A stretch of DNA of 64,000 nt from Alphaproteobacteria bacterium (GCA_036381615.1 DASVCL010000014.1:6621-70620); one strand, 5' to 3'; positions 48,085-61,296 are shown, numbered from the stretch's first letter. The notes: a model not told the origin generated them from the letters alone. Made by a program: numbers and translations.

Positions 48085-48654
48085 GTGTGGAACGTCTTGC
48101 TGCGAATTAGCCGCCTCATCGACGCGATCAACGAGCGCGTCGGTCGCATCGTCTACTGGCTCGTACTGGTCGCCGTCGTCGTCAGTTCGGGCAACGCAAC
48201 GATGCGGTATCTCTTCAGCATAAGCTCGAACGCGTGGCTGGAGCTGCAGTGGTATCTGTTCTCGGCCGTCTTTCTGCTCTGCGCCGGCTATACGCTTCTG
48301 CGAAACGAGCATATTCGGATCGACATTGTCGCGGGCCGCTTCACGCGACGGACCCAGACGTGGATCGACGTCATCGGCACGATCTTCTTTCTGCTGCCCA
48401 TGTCTATCCTGATCATGTGGCTTTCGTGGCCGATGGTCGTCGACTCCTACGTGCGGCACGAAATGTCCGGTGATGCCGGCGGTCTGCTGCGCTGGCCGGT
48501 CAAGGTGCTCATCCCGATCGGCTTCTTCCTGCTGTCAGCTCAAGGCGTGTCGGAGCTCATCAAGCGGCTCGCCTATCTCAAGGGGCTCATCTCCGACCCG
48601 GCGGAGAAGCAGCATACCCACGGCGCGGCCGAAGCGACCGGAGAGCACGTATGA
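48085..48654 (+). CDS. TRAP transporter small permease
   Basis: WNVLLRISRLIDAINERVGR... with 4 TM segments. GTG at 48085 behind GAGAGGGTAGGGG; the ORF-track start is 48019. Confidence 0.8.
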   Translation: MWNVLLRISRLIDAINERVGRIVYWLVLVAVVVSSGNATMRYLFSISSNAWLELQWYLFSAVFLLCAGYTLLRNEHIRIDIVAGRFTRRTQTWIDVIGTIFFLLPMSILIMWLSWPMVVDSYVRHEMSGDAGGLLRWPVKVLIPIGFFLLSAQGVSELIKRLAYLKGLISDPAEKQHTHGAAEATGEHV

Positions 48655-50099
48655 TCGAGTTTATCGCCCATAACATGGCGCCGCTGATGTTCGCGGCGCT
48701 GGTCGTCTTCCTGTTGTGCGGCTATCCGGTTGCTTTCGCGCTCGCTGCCAACGGCATGTTGTTCGGCTTCGTCGGTATCGAATTGGGGCTGTTCCCGCCG
48801 GAGCTCTTCCAGGCCCTGCCGGAGCGCGTGTTCGGAATCATGCGCAACGACACGTTGCTCGCCATTCCGTTCTTCACGTTCATGGGATTGATCCTTGAGC
48901 GGAGCGGCATGGCCGAGGATCTGCTCGACACCATCGGGCAGCTGTTCGGACCGCTTCGCGGCGGGCTGGCGTATGCCGTCATCTTCGTGGGCGCGCTGCT
49001 TGCCGCGACGACCGGCGTCGTCGCCGCATCCGTCATTTCGATGGGCCTGATTTCGCTGCCGATCATGCTGCGCTACGGTTATGACCGTCGGCTGGCTTCG
49101 GGGGCAATCACGGCCTCGGGGACATTGGCCCAGATCATTCCGCCGAGCCTGGTGCTCATCGTCATGGCCGACCAGCTCGGACGTTCCGTCGGCGACATGT
49201 ATGCCGGCGCATTCGTCCCCGGGCTCGTGCTGACGGCTCTCTACGCGCTCTACGTGCTCGGCCTCACGATCATTCGTCCCGAAGCTGCGCCGGCGCTGCC
49301 ACCCGAAGCCAGGACGCTGCGGGGATTCGAGCTGGCGAAGCGCGTCGTCCTGTCGCTCATCCCGCCGCTCGTCCTGATCTTCCTGGTGCTCGGTACGATC
49401 TTCATCGGCGTCGCGACGCCAACCGAAGGCGGCGCGATGGGGGCGTCCGGCGCGTTGATCCTGGCGCTGATCAATCGCCGCCTCGACTGGTCGTTGCTGC
49501 GGCAGGCGATGGACACGACGGCGAAACTGTCGTCGTTCGTGATCTTCATCCTGATCGGTTCGACCGTGTTCGGACTCGTTTTCCGCGGCGTCGACGGCGA
49601 CCTCTGGGTCGAGCATCTCCTCATCAGTCTGCCGGGCGGCCAGCTGGGTTTCCTGGTCTTCGTCAATTTCATGGTCTTCCTGCTGGCGTTCTTCCTCGAT
49701 TTCTTCGAGCTGGCGTTCATCGTCGTGCCGCTGCTCGGGCCCGTCGCGGAGAAGCTGGGGATCGACCTGATCTGGTTCGGCGTCCTGCTGGGCGTCAACA
49801 TGCAGACGTCGTTCATGCACCCGCCGTTCGGGTTCGCGCTTTTCTACCTGCGCAGCGTGGCGCCGAAGAGCGATTACATCGATAAGATCACGGGCAAGCT
49901 GGTCGAACGGGTCACGACCGCGCAGATCTACTGGGGCGCGGTGCCATTCGTCTGCATCCAGATCATCATGGTGGCCCTTGTCATCGCCTTCCCGCAGATG
50001 GTCTCCTGGGGGCTCGACAGCGGCCCCAAGGTCGATCCCAGCACGATCCAGATCGACATTCCGGCCTTCGATGCGGCGCCGCCGCCCGTCTTCAAATAG
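48651..50099 (+). CDS. TRAP transporter large permease
   Basis: 482-aa polytopic DctM-type protein. ATGA overlap with the small permease. Confidence 0.9.
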   Translation: MIEFIAHNMAPLMFAALVVFLLCGYPVAFALAANGMLFGFVGIELGLFPPELFQALPERVFGIMRNDTLLAIPFFTFMGLILERSGMAEDLLDTIGQLFGPLRGGLAYAVIFVGALLAATTGVVAASVISMGLISLPIMLRYGYDRRLASGAITASGTLAQIIPPSLVLIVMADQLGRSVGDMYAGAFVPGLVLTALYALYVLGLTIIRPEAAPALPPEARTLRGFELAKRVVLSLIPPLVLIFLVLGTIFIGVATPTEGGAMGASGALILALINRRLDWSLLRQAMDTTAKLSSFVIFILIGSTVFGLVFRGVDGDLWVEHLLISLPGGQLGFLVFVNFMVFLLAFFLDFFELAFIVVPLLGPVAEKLGIDLIWFGVLLGVNMQTSFMHPPFGFALFYLRSVAPKSDYIDKITGKLVERVTTAQIYWGAVPFVCIQIIMVALVIAFPQMVSWGLDSGPKVDPSTIQIDIPAFDAAPPPVFK

Positions 50100-50140
50100 A
50101 CGGGCGCGGCCGCTGCGTCGGGAAAATCCCCCGAAATGAA

Positions 50141-50166
50141 AAGAGCCCCGCGAAGGCGGGGCTCTT
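50141..50166. terminator. hairpin shared by convergent TRAP permease and binding-protein genes
   Basis: AAGAGCCCCGC-GAAG-GCGGGGCTCTT, an 11-bp stem. It is followed by T-rich sequence when read on the minus strand. Confidence 0.6.
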
Positions 50167-50193
50167 TCCGGCCTGGAGCCGGAGGCGGCGGCG

Positions 50194-52603
<2,410 letters not shown>

Positions 52604-52773
52604 CTCGACATTCTCTTGCTGTAGGCCTGTTGACGGAGCGGCAGCCCACGAGCGGCCCACCTCGCTGGCTACCGGCGGTAACTCATTCACCGCACGAAGG
52701 CGGCGGATTATAGGTGAACCTCCGGGGTATTGCGCAACAATATTACGCCGAAATGGTTATTTGACCCCGTTCG

Positions 52774-53490
52774 TCAGGGCTCGAGCAGGCGCCACCCGTC
52801 CCGGGTAAGGGCCTCGAGAGGCCGAAAACGGGCCTTGTAAGCCATCTTGCGGCTGTCGGCGATCCAGTACCCGAGATAGACGTGATCCAGCCCCTCCCGC
52901 CGCGCCATGTCGATCAAGGTGAGGATCAGGAAGCTGCCGGTGCTCCGCCAGGGCTGGTCCGGGTCGTAAAAGCTGTAAACCGCCGAGAATCCGTTGGCCA
53001 TGCGGTCGCTCAGGCAGGCCCCGACCAGGGTGCCGTCGCCGTTCCGCAGTTCGAGCACGAGGCTGCGGATCGCACCGACCTCGACCATGGCCTGATAGTC
53101 CGCCGATCCCATTCGCGCCATCTCGCCGTCGCCGTGCCGCGCCGCCTGGTAGCGTCGAAACAGCGCAAATTGCTCGCTGGTGGCGCGTGCCGGCCGCTCG
53201 CTTGGCACGAGATCGGCATTGGCTGCCCTGACCCGGCGCCAGCTCCGCGTGTCGCGGAACGTCGCCACCGGAATGCGTACCGGGACGCAGGCGTTGCAGC
53301 CCGGGCACGCGGGTCGGTAGGCGAAGCCGAGGCTGCGGCGGAATCCGGCCTCGGACAGAATCTCGTAGTTGCTTGCGGCCTGCGGACCGCAGAGGTCGGC
53401 AAAGATGCGCCGCTCGATCCGGCCCGGCACATAAGGACACGGGGCAGGGGCCGAATAGTAAAACCTTGCGGTTGAAGTCGGCAGAGTCAT
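52774..53490 (-). CDS. bpt: arginyl-tRNA--protein transferase family (bacterial Bpt-type leucyltransferase)
   Basis: FYYSAPAPCPYVPGR...YRPACPGCNACVPVRI...GFSAVYSFYDPD...YLGYWI is the ATE_N/ATE_C pattern. Confidence 0.85.
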   Translation of the reverse strand: MTLPTSTARFYYSAPAPCPYVPGRIERRIFADLCGPQAASNYEILSEAGFRRSLGFAYRPACPGCNACVPVRIPVATFRDTRSWRRVRAANADLVPSERPARATSEQFALFRRYQAARHGDGEMARMGSADYQAMVEVGAIRSLVLELRNGDGTLVGACLSDRMANGFSAVYSFYDPDQPWRSTGSFLILTLIDMARREGLDHVYLGYWIADSRKMAYKARFRPLEALTRDGWRLLEP

Positions 53491-54005
53491 GTCGGCGTAA
53501 ACGGGCTTTGGTGAACGCCTTGGCCGGTCGGGGTCCGGCGGACGACGAGAGTGCCGGACAGCCAGTCGTGCAGCGTGCGGCGATGGCTGTTGAAGAAGAC
53601 GAAAGCCAGGATGAGGAAACTCGTCAGAAAGACGGTCACATAGAACAGCGCGCTCTGCACGAAAGCCTGGGCATAGCTCGGCCGGCCGCCGGTCAAATCG
53701 ATCACGCGCAGATCGAACAGCCATTGCCCGATCGTGGCCGAACCCGGGCCGCCGATCAGCAGCGTGTGATAGCTGATCGGTATGATCGCAAAGAGGAGCG
53801 AGAAGGGCGATGCCAGCAGCCCGAACGAGAGGACGATGAACGGTAAGGACACGATCACGGCGATGACGCCGAGGACGGCAATCACCGCCACGTCTACCGC
53901 GTAGGCGGCTGCGCGCCGCCATAGGACCCCGCGAAGCTCGGCCGGTCCGATGACGACACGAACGTCCGAGGTTGGAATCAGTGCGCCAGGAACAGCTTTC
54001 TCCAT
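53487..54005 (-). CDS. RDD-family membrane protein
   Basis: WRRAAAYAVDVAVIAVLG...RRTLHDWLSGTLVV. ATGA overlap with bpt. Confidence 0.75.
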   Translation of the reverse strand: MEKAVPGALIPTSDVRVVIGPAELRGVLWRRAAAYAVDVAVIAVLGVIAVIVSLPFIVLSFGLLASPFSLLFAIIPISYHTLLIGGPGSATIGQWLFDLRVIDLTGGRPSYAQAFVQSALFYVTVFLTSFLILAFVFFNSHRRTLHDWLSGTLVVRRTPTGQGVHQSPFTPT

Positions 54006-54090
54006 CGTCCCGAAGCCTGTTGCATCGACCCGCCCTCATAGAGCGTAGGACAGGCGGATGGCCGCCGCAAGAAACGCGCGTCGGGCCGGT

Positions 54091-55056
54091 TCAGTTCGAG
54101 GCCGGCGCCTCGCGGAGCAGGACGATGCTGATACGCCGGTTGCGCGGATCCAACGGATTGTCGGCGAAAAGCGGTTCCTGGTCCGCCTTGCCGACCACGC
54201 GGCTGATACGTCCCTCGGGGACGCCCGCCTCGATCAGGGTCCGGCGGCTGGAATTGGCACGGTCGGTCGACAGTTCCCAGTTTCCGTAGTTGCCGTTGGC
54301 CTTCGCGAACGGCGCGGCGTCGGTATGGCCGGTGACGGCGATCTTGTTCGGCAGCCGTTGCACGACCTGGGCCACGAGTTGCATCAGTTTTCGCGTATGA
54401 TCGTAAGGCGTGGCGGAGCCGAGCGGAAACATCGCGAAACGGTCCTGATCGACGATCTGGATGCGCATGCCTTCGGGCGTACGATCGATGATCAGGCTTT
54501 GCGCGAGCTGGCGCAGTTCCGGCACGTCCTGGATCGCCTGGCGCAGCGCATGCTCGGCCTTTGCGAATTCCTCTTCCTCGCGCTCGGCGAGCGCCTTCCG
54601 GATGTCGGTTTCGCTGATCTCCTGCCGGGTTTCGGACTGATCCTTGCCGGCCTGCGTGTCCTTGGCGCGTTCGTCGTTATCGACCTCGGACGGCGCCGGT
54701 GAATCGGCGACGTCGCTGGGCTCTTCGGCCTCGTCCGCTTCCGGGGCCTGGGGAATGCCCAGCACGACGCCGCCCGTCGTACGCGCCATCTGTCCGGCCG
54801 CGAGCACCGTGCCGCCCAGGATGTTGCCGTTGCCCGACGCCGATTTCGAGACGCTCTCCGGCGTGAAGTATTGCGCGATGCCTTCTTTCTGTTCTTCGGT
54901 CGTGACGTTGAGGAGCCAAAGCAGCAGAAAGAACGCCATCATCGCCGTCACGAAATCGGCGTAAGCTACCTTCCAGGCGCCGCCGCGATGGGCGTGATCG
55001 CCGTGCTTCTTCTTTTTGACGACGATGACGGGATGATTGCTTTGCTCTTCGGCCAT
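54091..55056 (-). CDS. motB: flagellar motor stator protein MotB (OmpA-like C-terminal domain)
   Basis: WKVAYADFVTAMMAFFLLLWLL plug/TM region, and C-terminal GHTDAAPF...NWELSTDRANSSRR. Confidence 0.88.
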   Translation of the reverse strand: MAEEQSNHPVIVVKKKKHGDHAHRGGAWKVAYADFVTAMMAFFLLLWLLNVTTEEQKEGIAQYFTPESVSKSASGNGNILGGTVLAAGQMARTTGGVVLGIPQAPEADEAEEPSDVADSPAPSEVDNDERAKDTQAGKDQSETRQEISETDIRKALAEREEEEFAKAEHALRQAIQDVPELRQLAQSLIIDRTPEGMRIQIVDQDRFAMFPLGSATPYDHTRKLMQLVAQVVQRLPNKIAVTGHTDAAPFAKANGNYGNWELSTDRANSSRRTLIEAGVPEGRISRVVGKADQEPLFADNPLDPRNRRISIVLLREAPASN

Positions 55057-55081
55057 GGGGCGGCGTGCCGATCCCGGTCAG

Positions 55082-55942
55082 CTAGATTGGAGGCAGCGCC
55101 GCGACGGCTTCTTCGACCTCGTAGAACGTCGGCCGCACGTTGGAGAGCAACGCCTTGCGCGCGAACTCGACCGCGACCGCCGGCGCGTAGCCCTGCATGT
55201 AGGCGAGCAGGCCGGCCTTGATGCAGAGAAGGTACTTGACCTCGGCGTCGTAGCGCGCCTTGAGCGCACTCGCCATCGGGCCGATGAATCCGTAGGAGAG
55301 GAGCACGCCGAGGAACGTGCCGACGAGTGCCGCGCCGATCAGCTTGCCGAGAACTTCCGGCGGCTCGGTGATCGCGCCCATCGTCTTGATGACGCCCAGC
55401 ACTGCTGCGACGATGCCGAGCGCAGGCATGCCGTCCGCCATCGTCTGCAGGGCCGAGGCGATCTGGTTCTTCTCCGCGTGATGCGTCTCGATCTCCTCGT
55501 CGATCAGTGCTTCCATCTCGTGCGGATTGTCGCTGCCGAGCGTCAGCAGCCGCAGATAGTCGCACAGGAACGTCATCGCATAGGTATCCGCGGCGAACAG
55601 CGGAAATTTGGACCAGAGACTGCTTTCGGCCGGCTTCTCCACATGCTGCTCGAGCGCCAGCATGCCCTTGGTCTTCGCCAGCTTGAACACGGTGTAGAGC
55701 AGGGACAGAAGCTCGAGATACGATTCCTTGGAATAGCGCGACCCCTTGAGCAGCTCGCCGAGCGCGCTCAAGGTCCGTTTGATGACCGGCATCGGGTTCG
55801 CGATGATGAACGCGCCGACCGCCGCGCCGCCGATGATGACCAGCTCGAACGGCTGAACCAGCACCGCGAGCTTGCCGCCCATGGCCACATAGCCGCCGAT
55901 GACGCAGACGATCACCGTCACCGAGCCGATCAAGAATAGCAT
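55082..55942 (-). CDS. motA: flagellar motor stator protein MotA
   Basis: 286-aa MotA/TolQ/ExbB-type channel protein directly upstream of motB. Confidence 0.88.
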   Translation of the reverse strand: MLFLIGSVTVIVCVIGGYVAMGGKLAVLVQPFELVIIGGAAVGAFIIANPMPVIKRTLSALGELLKGSRYSKESYLELLSLLYTVFKLAKTKGMLALEQHVEKPAESSLWSKFPLFAADTYAMTFLCDYLRLLTLGSDNPHEMEALIDEEIETHHAEKNQIASALQTMADGMPALGIVAAVLGVIKTMGAITEPPEVLGKLIGAALVGTFLGVLLSYGFIGPMASALKARYDAEVKYLLCIKAGLLAYMQGYAPAVAVEFARKALLSNVRPTFYEVEEAVAALPPI

Positions 55943-56041
55943 GCAGAATCCCTTGGCCGCACGATGTGCTCGCGCCGGGACCTTATCCGGCTAGGGTTAA
56001 GATCCGGTTTATCGGCGCGAAACCGCCGGTTGCGGAGGGCT

Positions 56042-57271
56042 TTACGCGGTGCCGGCGGCCGTGTCGGCGAGACGCTGCACCCTGAGACCCGTGGCCTCGA
56101 TACGCGCGACGATCTCGTTGAAATGGTCGCCGTTTCGCGTCTCCACGACGATTTCCAGGTCGGTGCGGGTGACGGGGACGTCCTGGAACAGCCTCTGGTG
56201 GTAGATCTCGACGATGTTGCCGCCGGCTTCTGCGATTACCGCCGCAACCCGCGCGAGCGTGCCCGGTGCATCCGGAATCTCGACGCGCAAGCGGCCGATA
56301 CGGCCATCGCGGGCGAGGCCGCGCATCAGGATGGAAGCGAGAATCCGTGCGTCGATGTTGCCGCCCGAAACGATCAGGCCGATCCGGCGCCCCTGGAAGC
56401 GCGCCGGTTCCGAGAGCACGGCCGCGAGCGAGGCCGCCCCGGCGCCTTCGGCGACGATCTTGGCCTCTGTCGCGAGGAGGTTGACGGCACGTTCCAGCAT
56501 CGGTTCGGTCACGAGCAGGATATCGTCGACGCACGACCCGATGATCCGGCCGGTCAGCTCGCCCGGCTGCTTGACCGCGATGCCTTCGGCAAGCGTGGAG
56601 CCGCCGGCGGGCGCAGTCCTGTGCCCCTGCATGCGGTTGGCCATGGACGGATACGATGCCGCCTGCACGCCGATGATCCGGATCCGCGGATTGAGCGCCC
56701 GCGCGGCCGTCGCGACGCCGGCGATCAGCCCGCCGCCGCCGATGGGGACGACGATCGTCTCCAGATCGGGGGCCGCGGCGAGCATTTCCAGGGCGACGGT
56801 CCCCTGGCCGGCGATGATGGACGGATCGTCGTACGGGTGAATGAAGGTGTAGCCTTCAGCCGCCGCAAGCCGATGCGCATGATCGGCGGCACCGTCGAGA
56901 TCCTCGCCCTCCAGGACGACCTTCGCCCCGAGCGCCGCGGTGCGGTCGACCTTGGTAAAGGGCGTCGCGCGGGGCATGACGATCGTCGCCGGAATGCCCA
57001 GGCGGCGGGCGTGATAGGCCACGCCCTGCGCATGGTTTCCTGCCGAAACGGCGATGACGCCCCGGCGGCAGGCCGCCGGATCGAGACTCAGCAGTTTGAC
57101 GAGGGCGCCGCGGACCTTGAACGAGCCCGTATGTTGCAGATTCTCGAGCTTCAACACGAGGTCGGTGCCGGTAATGGCCGACAGACGCGGCGCTCCCACG
57201 GTCGGCGTCGCGATCACCGCGTCGGCGATCTGCGCGGCGGCCGCGCGGATGTGCTCAATGCCGACAGCCAT
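56042..57271 (-). CDS. ilvA: threonine ammonia-lyase (with C-terminal ACT-like domain)
   Basis: Has KLENLQHTGSFKVRGA and SAGNHAQG. ATG at 57271; an alternative TTG at 57289 overlaps the acylase stop. Confidence 0.88.
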   Translation of the reverse strand: MAVGIEHIRAAAAQIADAVIATPTVGAPRLSAITGTDLVLKLENLQHTGSFKVRGALVKLLSLDPAACRRGVIAVSAGNHAQGVAYHARRLGIPATIVMPRATPFTKVDRTAALGAKVVLEGEDLDGAADHAHRLAAAEGYTFIHPYDDPSIIAGQGTVALEMLAAAPDLETIVVPIGGGGLIAGVATAARALNPRIRIIGVQAASYPSMANRMQGHRTAPAGGSTLAEGIAVKQPGELTGRIIGSCVDDILLVTEPMLERAVNLLATEAKIVAEGAGAASLAAVLSEPARFQGRRIGLIVSGGNIDARILASILMRGLARDGRIGRLRVEIPDAPGTLARVAAVIAEAGGNIVEIYHQRLFQDVPVTRTDLEIVVETRNGDHFNEIVARIEATGLRVQRLADTAAGTA

Positions 57272-57285
57272 GTTGGACGTTGCGC

Positions 57286-59655
57286 TCAAGGTGGCGCAAG
57301 AATGAGGACGTCGCCCGTCGCGCGCAAGCTTTCGCGTGTGCCGCTCAGGCGGATATGGCCGCCATCGGCCCAGATCGGGGCCAGATCGCCCCGGTGCGGC
57401 GAGAGCGGGTGCCCGGACTGTCCGGGAACGGCGATGAACAGGGACTGGTCCAGATCGGACAGATCATAGATCGCGCGATAGCCCGCCCCATGCACGTGCG
57501 CGAACGGCGTGACCGGATCGTTGATGCGGGTCGCCCCGCGATTGACGGTGAAATAATCGCCGTCGGTCGGCACATGAAAGCCGACGATGTCGCGAACGAC
57601 GGGGAGCCGGCTGAGGAGCGCGTGTCGGAACGGTGCGACGTGGACATCGCCCCAGCGCCAGGCATCGATGTCCTGGCCGTGCCTCTCGGCCAGCCACGCG
57701 ACCGCGCGATGCAGCGCCTGGGCGACCTGTGTCGTGCAATCCTCGCGCGCCGGCGTCCGGGTGTCGTCGCAGAAGCTGGACGTCCCGTCGACCGCGCGAT
57801 GCAGCAATACCGGCTGCGCACGGAATATTTCGTCGGCGAGCGGGCCGAGCTCGTCGGCGATGAGCGCTTTCGTAAGCTCGCGCATCCAGGCGCTGAAGAT
57901 CAACGGTTCGGGACGATCACGCCGCATGTCGCCGTTCCACGCGCCAAGTCGCGCCAGCGCGGCGCGGCTCAGATCGTCGCGCGGCGCCGTGCGCAGAAGC
58001 CCGGGCAGGAGTTCCCGCGCGAAGAGCGAGACGGCGTCGGTCAGGATGTCCGCCATTCCGGCGGCGTCGTGGACCGGCCGCGCGTCGAGCAGCTCCGCGA
58101 TGCGCCGCGCCCGGTACGGGGCATCCCAGTCGCGGCTGATGAAGACCGGAAAATCCTCGGGGACGATGCGGTTGTTCGCGTTGATGATCCGCCCGGACGG
58201 CGGATTGAACGCATGGGGTAGCTGGTCGAAGGGCGCAAAACCGATCCAGTCGTACGCGCCGGTCCATCCCGGCTGCGGCATCCAGCCGGTGCCCGACTTC
58301 CGCACCGGGACAAGACCTGGGCTGTAGAACCCGATATTCCCGTCGCGATCGGCATAGACGATGTTCTGCATCGGCGCGTACCAATCGGACAATGCGGCCG
58401 AGAACTCCGTCCAGTTGCGCGCGCGATTGAGGCCGAACAACGCCGCGGGCGTGCGATCGGCCACGCGGAAGCCGGGCATCGCAAGCGATACGACATGGCC
58501 GCTTCCGGCGACCTCGCGGGCCGATCGGTTGAGGTCCGAGATGACGACGCCGTGGCGGGTGGTCCGAACCGTCATGACGACGTCGGCCTCGCCCTTCACC
58601 TTGATCGTTTCGCTTCGCAATCCGAAGGGACGGGAGCCGTCCGGCGTCAGATAGCGGGTCGGATCCGCCGGATCGACGCGTTCGATGAACAGGTCGTGCG
58701 TGTCGGCGGTTGTGGTCGTGAAGCCCCAGGCCACATGTCCGTTGTGACCGAGCACGACCGCGGGCACGCCGGGGGCCGAGGCGCCGACGAGCCGGAAGTC
58801 CGGCGTCTCGATCCTTACCAGATACCATTGGCCCGGCGCGTTCAGCGACAGATGCGGATCGTTGACCAGGATCGGTTTGCCCGAGCGGGTCAGGGCACCG
58901 GACAGCACCCACTCGTTCGATGCGAGGCGTGGGCCCAACGGCGCCGGCAGCGCGTCCGCCAGACCGTCAAGATCGAGATCACGATAAAGATCGCCGCGCG
59001 CAGCCAGCGTCGTGGCATCGTCGGATGGCCATTCGGGCCAGAGCTCCCGCAGCATTTCGGGCGACAGGCGGTTCGCAAGCCGCGCGCGCGTCAGCTCATC
59101 GCGCCAGTTCCCGGAGAGCTGGAGCGCCATCAGCTTGCCCCACAGGATGGAGTCGCGCGGTTGCCACGGTTCGGGCGTGCGGCCCGCGATCATGAACTCG
59201 GGCGGCAGCGTGCCCGACCGCGTTTCCAGGAATGCGTTGACGCCCGCCGCATATATCGAGAGCAGGTCGCGCCATTTCGGCGCGAGCGCGGCGAAGGTCG
59301 CATCGGCCTGCCCGGCAATATCGAGCGTGCGCATGAGGCGGTCGAGATCGAGGGTGGACGGTCCGAACATCTCGGACAGGCGGCCCTGACCGGCCATCCG
59401 CATCATATCCATCTGGAACAGCCGGTCCTGCGCATGCACGAAACCCAGGGCATAGATCGCGTCCGCTTCGCTCGATGCGAAAATGTGCGGAACGCCGTGC
59501 GCGTCGCGGATGATCTCGACCTCGGCTGTGGGGCTTGCCACCGGAATCTGTCCCGCCGTCTGGGGCAGGGACGAGGCGAGCCACGCAAAGGCGGCGGCCG
59601 CTGCCAGCACGACCAACGCCAGCACCGCGCCGAATGCGCGCAGGACCCATTTCAT
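57286..59655 (-). CDS. penicillin acylase-family Ntn hydrolase (possibly acyl-homoserine-lactone acylase type)
   Basis: Signal/TM at the N terminus. The 789-aa length and the internal LGPRLASNEWVLSG, a typical Ser-Asn autoprocessing site, fit the family. Confidence 0.85.
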   Translation of the reverse strand: MKWVLRAFGAVLALVVLAAAAAFAWLASSLPQTAGQIPVASPTAEVEIIRDAHGVPHIFASSEADAIYALGFVHAQDRLFQMDMMRMAGQGRLSEMFGPSTLDLDRLMRTLDIAGQADATFAALAPKWRDLLSIYAAGVNAFLETRSGTLPPEFMIAGRTPEPWQPRDSILWGKLMALQLSGNWRDELTRARLANRLSPEMLRELWPEWPSDDATTLAARGDLYRDLDLDGLADALPAPLGPRLASNEWVLSGALTRSGKPILVNDPHLSLNAPGQWYLVRIETPDFRLVGASAPGVPAVVLGHNGHVAWGFTTTTADTHDLFIERVDPADPTRYLTPDGSRPFGLRSETIKVKGEADVVMTVRTTRHGVVISDLNRSAREVAGSGHVVSLAMPGFRVADRTPAALFGLNRARNWTEFSAALSDWYAPMQNIVYADRDGNIGFYSPGLVPVRKSGTGWMPQPGWTGAYDWIGFAPFDQLPHAFNPPSGRIINANNRIVPEDFPVFISRDWDAPYRARRIAELLDARPVHDAAGMADILTDAVSLFARELLPGLLRTAPRDDLSRAALARLGAWNGDMRRDRPEPLIFSAWMRELTKALIADELGPLADEIFRAQPVLLHRAVDGTSSFCDDTRTPAREDCTTQVAQALHRAVAWLAERHGQDIDAWRWGDVHVAPFRHALLSRLPVVRDIVGFHVPTDGDYFTVNRGATRINDPVTPFAHVHGAGYRAIYDLSDLDQSLFIAVPGQSGHPLSPHRGDLAPIWADGGHIRLSGTRESLRATGDVLILAPP

Positions 59656-59787
59656 CCGGTCATGTTGCTCCGATCGCCGACGGCTCGATTGAACGTAGTC
59701 ACGCCGCCGGCGATTTCAAACGAAAAGGGCGGGCGGCCGGCGCATGCGGTGCTGCCCGGTGCCATGGCGGCGCCGGCCGTTCGTCCG

Positions 59788-61296
59788 TCAGGTCATGTTG
59801 ATGATGATCGTCTTCTTGTGGGTGAAGTGATCGAGCATCGCCTCGAGCGAGGCCTCCTTGCCGAGGCCCGACTGCTTCACGCCGCCGTACGACAATCCCG
59901 GCTGCACGACCAGGTTCTGGTTCACCTGAACGAAGCCGGCCTCGAGCCGCTTGGTTGCGTCCAACGCCGTTTTCAGGTCGCGCGTCCACACGGTCGCCGC
60001 GAGGCCATAGGCGGAGTCGTTGGCCGCCGCAATGGCCTCCTCGTAGTCGTTAAACTTCATGACACAGGTCACGGGCCCGAAGATTTCTTCGCGCGCGACG
60101 CGGCTGTCGTTCGAGATGCCGGTCAGAATCACCGGGCGGATGAACAGGCCGTCCTTGAACTTCGGGTCGCTTGGCAGCGCCGAGCACTCGATCGCCTCGG
60201 CGCCCGGCGTCTCGCGGCCGATCTTGATGTACGAGCGTACCTTCTCGAATTGTGGCCGGGAGATGATCGCGCCGATGTCGGTCGCCTCGTCGAGCGGGTC
60301 GCCCATCTTCATGGCGTCGACCTTCTGCTTGAGCTTGGCGACGAACTCGTCATGCACCTTTTCGTGGACGAAGATGCGGCTCGCGGCGGTGCAGCTCTGA
60401 CCCTGACGGGTAAAGCGCATGCCGACGATCGCACCGGCCACGGCGCGGTCGATGTCGGCGTCGGCCATGACGATCATCGGGCTCTTGCCGCCCAGCTCGA
60501 GGGTCACCGGAATCAGCTTCTCGGCCGCGGTCTTGTACACGATCTTGCCGGTCTCCACCGAGCCGGTGAACGTCACCTTGCCGACCTTCGGATGGGCGAC
60601 CAGGGGCCCGCCGCATTCCGGCCCATAGCCGGACAGGATGTTGAACACGCCCGGCGGGAGCACCTGGTTCATGATCTGGCAGGTGCGGAGGACGGCGAGC
60701 GGCGCCTCTTCGGCGGATTTCACCACCACGCTGTTGCCGGCGACGAGCGCAGGCGCGATCTTGAGCGCCATCAGCATCATCGGCACGTTCCACGGAATGA
60801 TCGCACCGACCACACCGATCGGCTCGCGCACCGTCACCGTCAGCATGTCCGGATTGAACGGGACGGTCTCGCCCTTCAGCTCGGCGCCGAGCCCGCCATA
60901 ATACACGAATGCGTCGGCAAGCACCGAGGCCTCGACGCGGCTCTCGGTCCTGAGCGCCTTGCCCGTCTCGAGGGCGACGAGGCGTCCAAGCTCCTCGACG
61001 TGCTCGTTGAGGATGCGGCCGCATTCGGCGACGAGCTTGCCGCGCTGGCGCGCCGGCATCTTGGCCCAGTCGATCTGTGCCTTGACGGCGGCGGCGACCG
61101 CCGCATCGACGTCCGCCGCCTCGCTCATCGCCGCCTTGGCGATCTCCTGTCCCGTTGCCGGGTTCACCACCGGAAAGGTCTTGCCGGAGACGGCCGGGAC
61201 GAGGGCGCCGTCGACGAGGTTGTATCCGGAAAGGGTCCTGGCGAGTGCGAATGGATCGGTATTGGGGACGATGGCGTTTGTCGTGGGCATCGGCAT
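59788..61296 (-). CDS. NAD(P)-dependent aldehyde dehydrogenase
   Basis: Has VTLELGGKSP, FTRQGQSCTAASR (catalytic Cys) and EEIFGPV. ATG at 61296 behind a GGAGAA SD. Confidence 0.9.
   Translation of the reverse strand: MPMPTTNAIVPNTDPFALARTLSGYNLVDGALVPAVSGKTFPVVNPATGQEIAKAAMSEAADVDAAVAAAVKAQIDWAKMPARQRGKLVAECGRILNEHVEELGRLVALETGKALRTESRVEASVLADAFVYYGGLGAELKGETVPFNPDMLTVTVREPIGVVGAIIPWNVPMMLMALKIAPALVAGNSVVVKSAEEAPLAVLRTCQIMNQVLPPGVFNILSGYGPECGGPLVAHPKVGKVTFTGSVETGKIVYKTAAEKLIPVTLELGGKSPMIVMADADIDRAVAGAIVGMRFTRQGQSCTAASRIFVHEKVHDEFVAKLKQKVDAMKMGDPLDEATDIGAIISRPQFEKVRSYIKIGRETPGAEAIECSALPSDPKFKDGLFIRPVILTGISNDSRVAREEIFGPVTCVMKFNDYEEAIAAANDSAYGLAATVWTRDLKTALDATKRLEAGFVQVNQNLVVQPGLSYGGVKQSGLGKEASLEAMLDHFTHKKTIIINMT

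Noticed and set aside
54091-55942. MotA/MotB pair considered as a Zorya-type (ZorAB) anti-phage system.
   Set aside because: Both proteins have ordinary flagellar stator sizes (286 and 321 aa). MotA has no long ZorA-like tail, and there are no ZorC/D-like genes nearby. The neighbours are housekeeping genes.
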